Part shown: in pieces, positions 40,707 through 47,635 of the stretch
How positions within the stretch are numbered: position 1 is the first letter of the stretch
Layout: each line of letters begins with the position of its first letter
From: a bacterium
GTDB lineage: Bacteria; Patescibacteriota; 4484-211; GCA-002791395
Assembly (NCBI GenBank): GCA_027002475.1
Contig: JALWZS010000018.1
Span: 1,093 to 56,634 of the forward strand
Length of the DNA stretch: 55,542 bases
Direction of reading: 5' to 3'
Notes under the pieces: model-generated
Seen by the model: the letters and a program-made list of their open reading frames with translations, nothing else
Database searches by the model: none
What the model was told of the DNA's origin: nothing
Made by a program: the position numbers and the translations under genes

Positions 40707-41423
40707 TTACTTCTTATTCTTTTTTTTGCCTTTTTTGCCCTTGCCTTTACGGGCTCGGGCGAAGGCGTGGGCGAAGGCTGTGCCGTTGCGCTCGTTGGGG
40801 ACGATTTGCCGAATCGCTCGGAGGCGACCGGGTCCAATCCCCTTGATTCTCAGGAGCTGGTAGTCGGTGGCGTTGAGAATCCACCCGACAGTTTTTCCTG
40901 CGGAATCGAGGACTTTGCCAATCTCACCTTCGATAAGGGTGCTGGCGGGGAGTTCGGCGGCCTTTTTGGATTCTTCCCAAGCCTGGGCAACCGCCCTGTT
41001 GAGTAATTGAGCTTGGGTGAGGTCGGGTGTGGTGAGGGGCAGAATCTCTGCCAAAAGACCTTCGGCCTTTGAGAAGGCTTTGGCGAAGGCAGGGACGGCA
41101 GCAATGACTGCGGCATGGTGCGGCCTGTCCTGCAAGTCGAGGAGATTCTTAAAGGCCTTATTGACCAGGTTGTCAATGTAGGCCTTTTCTGCTTGTGCAA
41201 GCGTAGACTTGAGGACTGCGTTCTTGGCTTGCAGCGCCTCTGCAATCTTCATTGCGTTGGCGCTGTCGGCCTTGCGCAGGTTGCCGGCTGTTGCTCGGGC
41301 ATCGTGCAAGGCCCTCTTCAGTTGTGGGTTCTCCTGCACCTTGCGCGGGAGATTGGCGACCTTTTTTTGGAGAGCCTTGAAGGCTCTCAAGGTCGCGATG
41401 GGTGAAAGGTTAGAAGACGTCAT
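40707..41423 (-). CDS. helical protein with C-terminal helix-hairpin-helix (RNAP alphaCTD/ComEA-like) and basic tail
   Basis: AGKTVGWILNATDYQLLRIKGIGPGRLRAI; AAGGAG RBS before ATG 41423. Confidence 0.7.
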   Translation of the reverse strand: MTSSNLSPIATLRAFKALQKKVANLPRKVQENPQLKRALHDARATAGNLRKADSANAMKIAEALQAKNAVLKSTLAQAEKAYIDNLVNKAFKNLLDLQDRPHHAAVIAAVPAFAKAFSKAEGLLAEILPLTTPDLTQAQLLNRAVAQAWEESKKAAELPASTLIEGEIGKVLDSAGKTVGWILNATDYQLLRIKGIGPGRLRAIRQIVPNERNGTAFAHAFARARKGKGKKGKKKNKK

Positions 41424-41604
41424 GGTCTTACTCCTTGAGTGTTTTGAAAAGATGGATGGTTGATATGCCCTTTCATTTTTTAAGGGGTAGAGGAGAAACA
41501 AGACTACATGGCTGCCCTGCACTTTAGTAAAGTCATGCCCCTTCTCTACCCCTTACTATTGTGAGGTGCTACACATCTTATAGCAGATGTGTTGTTGTGC
41601 GTTA

Positions 41605-41633
41605 CATATAGCATGTGTAACACGATTTGTCAA
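41605..41633 (-). promoter_or_regulatory. sigma70-type promoter driving the island, overlapped by palindromes
   Basis: TTGACA (41633-41628), 17-nt spacer ending TGC, TATATG (41610-41605). Confidence 0.6.
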
Positions 41634-41756
41634 TTGTTAGACTAATTAAAAGTGGGTATTTTGTGAGTTGTGAAAATGTGTTACCTACTTATTCGTTATA
41701 TATAATCGCAAAAACAGCATAAGGCAGTAGGGTTATATTCTATGGGGTACTTCCTG

Positions 41757-41868
41757 GCAAAAAAGACCGGGAACTGCTGTGTTCTCGTTCCGTTACTCCC
41801 CCTGAAACGGATGTAGAACTATGCAGCTCCCGGTTTCCCCAATACTGCTCCCCTAAGCAAGGAGGTAC
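41757..41868 (-). ncRNA. candidate small structured RNA
   Basis: TG-n-TATAAT at 41875-41880; long interrupted stem 41766-41834; ends in a U-tract. Confidence 0.45.
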
Positions 41869-41950
41869 GAACGAATTATAACATGGAATTAGTTGATGCT
41901 AATAAAAATACATCACCGTAATGAATAAATCTTAATAATGTTAAGTAAAT

Positions 41951-41985
41951 AAAAAAGGCGAAAGGAAGTGGGACTCCCTTTCGCC
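41951..41985 (-). terminator. intrinsic terminator
   Basis: GGCGAAAGGGAGT CCC ACTTCCTTTCGCC TTTTTT directly after the 77-aa gene. Confidence 0.8.
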
Positions 41986-41991
41986 AGATGG

Positions 41992-42225
41992 TCATTGGGC
42001 AAATAGAAAGATGACACTAACTACTGCCCAGGAGAATACAGCTACAGCTATCAATCCGAGAAAGATTAATATTCCTCGGACTAGCCCTCTGGCTGAGGGG
42101 CAACGAAGCTTCCACTCGGGGTGATTTGTTTTCCATTCTTGCCAGCTGTCCTTGACCAGCCAGCCCAGTCCAACAAGAATGAAAAAGAACAGTACAAAAT
42201 TTATCAGATTATCAGGATTAATCAT
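41992..42225 (-). CDS. small two-TM membrane protein (77 aa)
   Basis: AAGGAG RBS; two hydrophobic helices; own terminator. Confidence 0.7.
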   Translation of the reverse strand: MINPDNLINFVLFFFILVGLGWLVKDSWQEWKTNHPEWKLRCPSARGLVRGILIFLGLIAVAVFSWAVVSVIFLFAQ

Positions 42226-42315
42226 AATGTCTCCTTATTGAGTGGTATTTGAAAAGAACTGTTGCCTTTGTTGGCGTTGGTGGAATTGTAGCATTATTAC
42301 GCAACGGGTGTGTAG

Positions 42316-42570
42316 GAGGGGGTGGAGAGTTGAAGAGTTGAAGAGCGTCGTTGCGAGCGATAGCGCGGCAATCTCGAATGGGTAGATTGCCACGGAATTT
42401 ACATAATAAATTCCTCGCAGTGACAAGAAAACGGCAATGGTTCCGTCATTGCGAGAAGCGGAAGCGACGAAGCAATCTTCTGTCATGTTCGAGACTGCCG
42501 CGTTGGTTAGCACCAACTCGCAGTGACGAAAATGTTGCTTCGCCCCGATATCTATCGAGATTGCAATGAT
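42316..42570. repeat. short 8-mer array plus REP/RPE-like palindrome cluster at the island's right edge
   Basis: GAGAGTTG AAGAGTTG followed by GTCGTTGCGAG...GCAATCTC, GTCATTGCGAG...GAAGCAATCT and further units. Confidence 0.85.
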
Positions 42571-42665
42571 GCATGTTTCATGTGCTTAAGAAAACGATAG
42601 ACTCTTGCGTGATGATGAGTTAGTAGTAAAATATTTAATGCAAGTGAAGTGGCATTTAATTAATC

Positions 42666-43892
42666 ATGCAAGAAGCAGAAGGGCAACAAAATCACAATCA
42701 AGCCAGTGCAAAAACAAAATACCCTAGTCCCCTATTTATATTTTTAATGGCTTTAATCTTTGGATTTGTGGGTGGAATTGGTGGGACTTATACCGCTTTT
42801 AAATACCTTGGCACGCCTGTAAAGCAAATGGTTAAAGAGGAGGTTAAAACCCAAGTTGTTGATGAAAGCTCGGCAATTATTGACACTGTTGAAAAAACTA
42901 AGGATGCGGTTGTTAGTATCGTTATCAGTAAAGATGTTCCTGTTTTTGAAAATTATCGCTTTGATCCGTTTGGCGATGGGTTCTTCTTCCCGTTTTATCA
43001 AAGAAAACAGGTAGGTACAGAAAAGCAGCAAGTTGGGGCTGGAACTGGTTTTTTTGTGTCGGATGATGGAACAATTGTTACGAACAAGCATGTGGTTAGT
43101 GATCCAGATGCGGAGTATACAGTGATACTAAATAACGGGGAAAAGTACGATGCAAAGGTCTTAGACCGCGATCCTTACATCGACATTGCAGTAATTAAAG
43201 TTGCCTACAAACCAAAAACCTATATTTCTCTTGGCGATTCATCGAAGATAAAGGTTGGTCAACGAGTTATTGCAATCGGGAATTCGCTTGGGCAATTTTC
43301 TAATACCGTTAGCGAAGGAATTATCTCCGGACTTTCCCGCTCAATTGTTGCTGGCTCTGGAACTGGTAATTATGAGCAGTTAAATGATGTTATTCAAACC
43401 GATGCTGCAATTAACCCTGGTAACTCTGGTGGTCCGCTTTTGGATCTTAACGGAAATGCGATTGGTGTAAATGTTGCTGTAGCCCAAAACGCGGAAAATA
43501 TTGGTTTTGCTATTCCAATTAATACTGTAAAGTCGATACTGCAGTCAATTAAGGAGCATGGAAAGATTGTTCATCCATATCTTGGGGTCCGTTATGTCCA
43601 GATAAATAAGGATATACAAAAGAAAAATAACTTGAGCGTTGACTATGGCGCTTTGATTGTGCGAGGCGAAACCCGAACTGATTTAGCAGTTATTCCAGGA
43701 AGCCCAGCTGATAAAGCAGGACTTAGGGAGAATGACATAATTCTTGAGGTTAATGGTGTAAAACTTGATGAAAAGACGAGTCTGCAACGCGAGATTCTAA
43801 AATATAACGTTGGTGATGAGATTACTCTAAAGGTTCTTAGCAAGGGTAAAGAAAAAGAAGTAAAGGTAACCCTTGAGGCAAGGGAGGGGTGA
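42666..43892 (+). CDS. htrA: HtrA/DegP-family serine protease with PDZ domain
   Basis: TNKHVV, DIAV, QTDAAINPGNSGGPL, SPADKAGLRENDII. Confidence 0.95.
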   Translation: MQEAEGQQNHNQASAKTKYPSPLFIFLMALIFGFVGGIGGTYTAFKYLGTPVKQMVKEEVKTQVVDESSAIIDTVEKTKDAVVSIVISKDVPVFENYRFDPFGDGFFFPFYQRKQVGTEKQQVGAGTGFFVSDDGTIVTNKHVVSDPDAEYTVILNNGEKYDAKVLDRDPYIDIAVIKVAYKPKTYISLGDSSKIKVGQRVIAIGNSLGQFSNTVSEGIISGLSRSIVAGSGTGNYEQLNDVIQTDAAINPGNSGGPLLDLNGNAIGVNVAVAQNAENIGFAIPINTVKSILQSIKEHGKIVHPYLGVRYVQINKDIQKKNNLSVDYGALIVRGETRTDLAVIPGSPADKAGLRENDIILEVNGVKLDEKTSLQREILKYNVGDEITLKVLSKGKEKEVKVTLEAREG

Positions 43893-44188
43893 GTTTGAGA
43901 GTTAAAGGGTTGCAGAGTTGGAGGGTGGGAGTGTTTAAGCTTTGGAGTATTTCAGTACATTTTGAACGTTGGGCGCATACTTTTGTACTCTAGTGGATGA
44001 GAGTGTTTATCGGGGATTCTGAGATGATTAGAGAATTACAGGGTTTGAGAGTTGTAGGGTTTAAGAATTTCAGTGTTAAAGGTTAATAGCTTTGAGTCTT
44101 AAGCATTTACTCCAGTACTCCAGTGTACGGGAGTGCTTATGAGCGTGGGAGAGTTGTAGAGTTGAAGGGTTGTAGAGTTAGAGAGTTA
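43893..44188. repeat. 8-mer (NAGRGTTR) tandem arrays flanking an ~80-bp core
   Basis: GAGAGTTG TAGAGTTG AAGGGTTG TAGAGTTA GAGAGTTA; core 43951-44030 recurs inverted at 50330-50405. Confidence 0.85.
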
Positions 44189-44692
44189 TCGCGCTATTTC
44201 GCGGTATTTTTTTATTAAGCCGGTGACTCGTTTTCTACTTTCTAAAGTTAAATCAAGCAGTTTGTCAAAATCCTCTTGTTTATCAGCAAACATTGATAGA
44301 TCTCGTGCGGTTAGTAATATGTCTTGATATACAAACGTTGCATCACGACTTGCTTCGTAAAACTCTAACTTCTTTTTGGGGTCTTTGCGGTTGTAACCTT
44401 GCACTAATGTCTTGCTAACTTCATGAGCTGCGTCAACTAACCTATCACGCATATCTCCAGTATTTGGGTCGAAAATGCTGGTTAATCGATGTGTAGTTAC
44501 AACTAACTCATGAGCTGATTGCCATACACCAAAGTCCTCAAACCGCTTAGAAGATGAACGACGTTGCTCTTTTTGCCTTTGGTTATTGCCATCGTCAGAT
44601 ACTTGTTGTTGCGGTTGTGCCTGCTCTTCAGAAGTCTCGTCTTTAATGGTTACTTCTTGAGATTCTTCTTGTGGTTGAACGTCGTCTTGCAT
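44186..44692 (-). CDS. four-helix-bundle protein (23S rRNA IVP/Avd-like family), divergent
   Basis: RFEDFGVWQSAHELV...LT..F...GYNRK...FYEASR; the usual NIAEG motif is replaced by TLVQG; acidic/Gln-rich N-terminal extension. Confidence 0.8.
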   Translation of the reverse strand: MQDDVQPQEESQEVTIKDETSEEQAQPQQQVSDDGNNQRQKEQRRSSSKRFEDFGVWQSAHELVVTTHRLTSIFDPNTGDMRDRLVDAAHEVSKTLVQGYNRKDPKKKLEFYEASRDATFVYQDILLTARDLSMFADKQEDFDKLLDLTLESRKRVTGLIKKYREIAR

Positions 44693-44728
44693 AGTGTAAT
44701 TATACGGATGATAGCAAAAAACTCAAGA

Positions 44729-45982
44729 TTAGATTTCAAATCTTTCTGCTAGCTTGAGGAATCGGTTGTATTTAGAAACCCGCTCACCTCTTGCCAAGTT
44801 CCCAGCATTTAAAAACCTTGATTGGGTTGCAATTGCTAGGTCTACAATAAAGGTGTCTTCAGTTTCAGCCGCTCTGTCTGCAACAAAGAGTTCAATCATG
44901 GCGTCTTTGGCTACCTTCATAAACCTAAGCGTTTCTGTAACTGTTCCGATTTGGTTTGGTTTCACTACAACACTGTCAATTGCATTATGGCTAATTGCTG
45001 TATAAAGGCGCTCAATGTTGGTGGAGGTAATATCATCACCAGCAACAAAAATTCGTGGGTAAGCCTTATTTAATGTTGCAAAGTCTTCCCAATCTTCTTC
45101 GTCAAATGCGTCTGTTATTAAAAGAATGGGGTATTTCCTAAGTACGTTGTCTAAAAAGTCATCAGGCAGGGCGTTTTCGATGTGGGAGCCGGCGACGTCA
45201 AAGCCATATAAAATCTTATTGTGTACTTGATAATTAGTTTTTCCTACTGCCTCTATCATTGCCTCAAGTGGCTGATATGGATTATCGAATGTTGTTACAT
45301 ACCCTCCTCTTTCCCCTGTGTTAACGATTAGACCTTTTGATTTAAGGACCTTACGCAATTCAAAGCTAATTTCTGCTGCTGCCCTTATTTGGTCTTTAGA
45401 AGTTGTTAATCCAACAGGAAAAATAAAGAAGTCTTCAATTCCAATCGACGTATCCCCTACCATTCCCCCATTTATTACTGAAAACGCAGGTATTGGTAAT
45501 TTAGGCTTCATTCTATCGTCTGCAATGTTGACTGGTTCTTCGTGAAAGTTAAACGCCTCGATGCGTAAAAACAGATGATTTAGGTGCTCGTATAGTTCTT
45601 TTCTTTGAATCTTGGCTGCGGCTCGGGCGGCTGCTATTGAAACAGGAAGGGTTGCATTGCTGCCCAAATGAGACATGTTAGGAGTTCCGTCTAGTTCTAT
45701 AAGAATTTGGTCGATTTTAAATTGCTCCATTGGATCAAGTTTTTTCATGCGGGGTGCAATTATCTTGTTAACGTTTTCTAATGCATGCTCGATCCCTTTA
45801 CCAAAATAAACACTAAAATCTTTATCAAAAAGTTCTACGGCTTCGTGGGATGATTTGGATAAACCGCTTGGTGCAGATGCAGTAACCGTTGATTTATCGG
45901 TTAAATGGAGTGTCACCTCGACTGCAGGTGCTCCAGATGAGTTGATTATTTGTCGTCCTTCTAGTGATTCTATTAATACCAT
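44729..45982 (-). CDS. eno: enolase homolog with degenerate active site
   Basis: Full-length collinearity with enolase (LGSNA, INGG, GDD, KPNQIGTVTE, ETED, ERVSKYN); several catalytic residues substituted. Confidence 0.85.
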   Translation of the reverse strand: MVLIESLEGRQIINSSGAPAVEVTLHLTDKSTVTASAPSGLSKSSHEAVELFDKDFSVYFGKGIEHALENVNKIIAPRMKKLDPMEQFKIDQILIELDGTPNMSHLGSNATLPVSIAAARAAAKIQRKELYEHLNHLFLRIEAFNFHEEPVNIADDRMKPKLPIPAFSVINGGMVGDTSIGIEDFFIFPVGLTTSKDQIRAAAEISFELRKVLKSKGLIVNTGERGGYVTTFDNPYQPLEAMIEAVGKTNYQVHNKILYGFDVAGSHIENALPDDFLDNVLRKYPILLITDAFDEEDWEDFATLNKAYPRIFVAGDDITSTNIERLYTAISHNAIDSVVVKPNQIGTVTETLRFMKVAKDAMIELFVADRAAETEDTFIVDLAIATQSRFLNAGNLARGERVSKYNRFLKLAERFEI

Positions 45983-46082
45983 CTTTTGATTATAAATCGT
46001 TTTGGGAAGGCTTTTAAATAGAATTTCACGCTCTCCCCTAAAACTGCTATTATGTTATATAAAAGCGACTTAAATAGCAACT

Positions 46083-47204
46083 ATGTTTGGATTAAGCAAG
46101 AACAAAACTAAAGGCTCAAAGCAAGATAACGCACAAATAGACAAGCAAAAGCTGGAGAAGCTAACGTACGCATTATCTCAACTGCGAGAAATTGTAAACT
46201 CTTTAGCTAACCCGATCTTTGCGTTCGAATTTGACGGATCAATCTATTACTTTAGCCAAGGTGCTTCAAAAATACTTAAAAAACCATTACCTGCCGTGTT
46301 GGGAAGAAAGTGGTTTGTTGTTTTGCCCCTAGAGCCAAAGGACAAAATGCGCGAGATGTATTCTAACTTTGTTGATAAAAAGCAAAAAATCAGCGGTGAG
46401 TTTACAGGACCAGATAATAGACCAATTGAGTTAGTTATAAGTCCAATTCATTTTGGGCAAGGCGGTGTTGTTAGTGGTGGAGTTGTTGAGATAATTGACC
46501 TGACGCAAAAAAAACAGTTCCAGCAACGTCAAATTGATTTTATATCTTTCATTAGTCATGAGCTTCGGACCCCAATATCAAGTGCTAAAGGGTATTTGGA
46601 CGTAGTACTGCATGAGGCTGATTATCTAAAACCTGAGCATAAAAAGTTCTTAGAACGTGCAATGGCTAGTACGCAAAGACAAGCCGATACAGTCGAAAAG
46701 TTAATAGATTTAAGTAACCTTGAACGTGGTCAAATGATAGTAACACTGGAGGAGATAGACATTATTGCCGAGATTCAGGATGTGATTGCTTATTGGCGAG
46801 ATGTTGCCTCGAAAAAATCGCTAAGCCTCAACTTTTTGTATCCGAAATTTAATATTCCTCACGTTAAGGCTGATGTGACGTTGCTTAGAACTATTCTAAA
46901 TAACTTGTTAGACAATGCAACCAAATACACGAAAGAAGGCTCCATAGAAGTAAGCTTGTACCAAAAAGAGTCATTCGTTTACGTTGCCATAAAAGATACT
47001 GGTCCTGGTATTGCTGAGGATATACAAAAAGAGATTTTTGAAAAATTTGTCCGAGGCGAACATAGTATGACGGAAACTACTCAAGGCAGTGGTTTGGGAC
47101 TATACCTTGCTAAACGGTTTACAGAGCAAATGGGTGGGAAGCTAACACTTGAAACTAAACTAGGAGAAGGATCTACGTTTACTTTCTCGTTGCCTGTTTT
47201 CTAA
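46083..47204 (+). CDS. cytoplasmic PAS-domain sensor histidine kinase
   Basis: SHELRTP, NLLDNATKYT, DTGPGI, GSGLGL. Confidence 0.95.
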   Translation: MFGLSKNKTKGSKQDNAQIDKQKLEKLTYALSQLREIVNSLANPIFAFEFDGSIYYFSQGASKILKKPLPAVLGRKWFVVLPLEPKDKMREMYSNFVDKKQKISGEFTGPDNRPIELVISPIHFGQGGVVSGGVVEIIDLTQKKQFQQRQIDFISFISHELRTPISSAKGYLDVVLHEADYLKPEHKKFLERAMASTQRQADTVEKLIDLSNLERGQMIVTLEEIDIIAEIQDVIAYWRDVASKKSLSLNFLYPKFNIPHVKADVTLLRTILNNLLDNATKYTKEGSIEVSLYQKESFVYVAIKDTGPGIAEDIQKEIFEKFVRGEHSMTETTQGSGLGLYLAKRFTEQMGGKLTLETKLGEGSTFTFSLPVF

Positions 47205-47581
47205 CCTTCTCGTTGAGCTAAGAAATTTTTAACTTCTTGTATTATTTGTGATGGTGTGTAGGCAGACTTAATAAGATAACTTTCTGCTCCATTCTCAAAT
47301 CCTTCTTTAATGACGCTTTCTTGCCCTAAGTTAGTAAGTAAAATCACAGGAATATCTTTCGCTTCTTCTTGTCCTTTTAGTGTTTTAAGTAAACCAAGCA
47401 CGTTTAGCTTGGGAAGCATGATATCAAGTAGTATCAAATCAGGCTTTTCTTGAGTTGCTTTTAAGAGACCATCTGGTCCGTCTTCTGCAGTTACAATTGT
47501 GTAACCTTCTTTTACAAATTGTCTTTGGTATAACTCGCGAATGAAAAAGTCGTCTTCAACTATTAAAATCTTTTCTGCCAT
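47201..47581 (-). CDS. single-domain response regulator
   Basis: ILIVEDD, LLDIMLP, VILLTN, YLIK. Confidence 0.95.
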   Translation of the reverse strand: MAEKILIVEDDFFIRELYQRQFVKEGYTIVTAEDGPDGLLKATQEKPDLILLDIMLPKLNVLGLLKTLKGQEEAKDIPVILLTNLGQESVIKEGFENGAESYLIKSAYTPSQIIQEVKNFLAQREG

Positions 47582-47635
47582 GATTCTATTCTGCTTTCTT
47601 TTTTGAATTATGTCAAATATTTTTTAGACTAAAGT

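Larger units (their letters stand above)
27050..42250 (-). mobile_element. genomic island (GC-richer, SD-led, co-oriented) with secretion/conjugation-like module
   Basis: Abrupt composition shift seen by eye; all genes on the minus strand; AAGGAG/GGAGG ribosome-binding sites unlike backbone genes; host repeat families absent. No integrase or att site seen. Confidence 0.7.

Noticed and set aside
29470-41463. Numerous plus-strand ORFs within the island
   Set aside because: Antisense shadows of long minus-strand genes in GC-richer DNA; no RBS or motifs.
41757-41868. tRNA or tRNA-derived attachment site
   Set aside because: Rod-like stem with no cloverleaf or T-loop consensus; no matching direct repeat seen at the other island end.
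42235-42569. ORFs 42235-42516, 42351-42569, 13275-13499 and 53191-53463
   Set aside because: They are translations of repeat DNA or overlap real genes, with no RBS or domain.
44186-44692. Diversity-generating retroelement based on the Avd-like fold
   Set aside because: No reverse transcriptase and no TR/VR pair with adenine-specific differences was found in the window.
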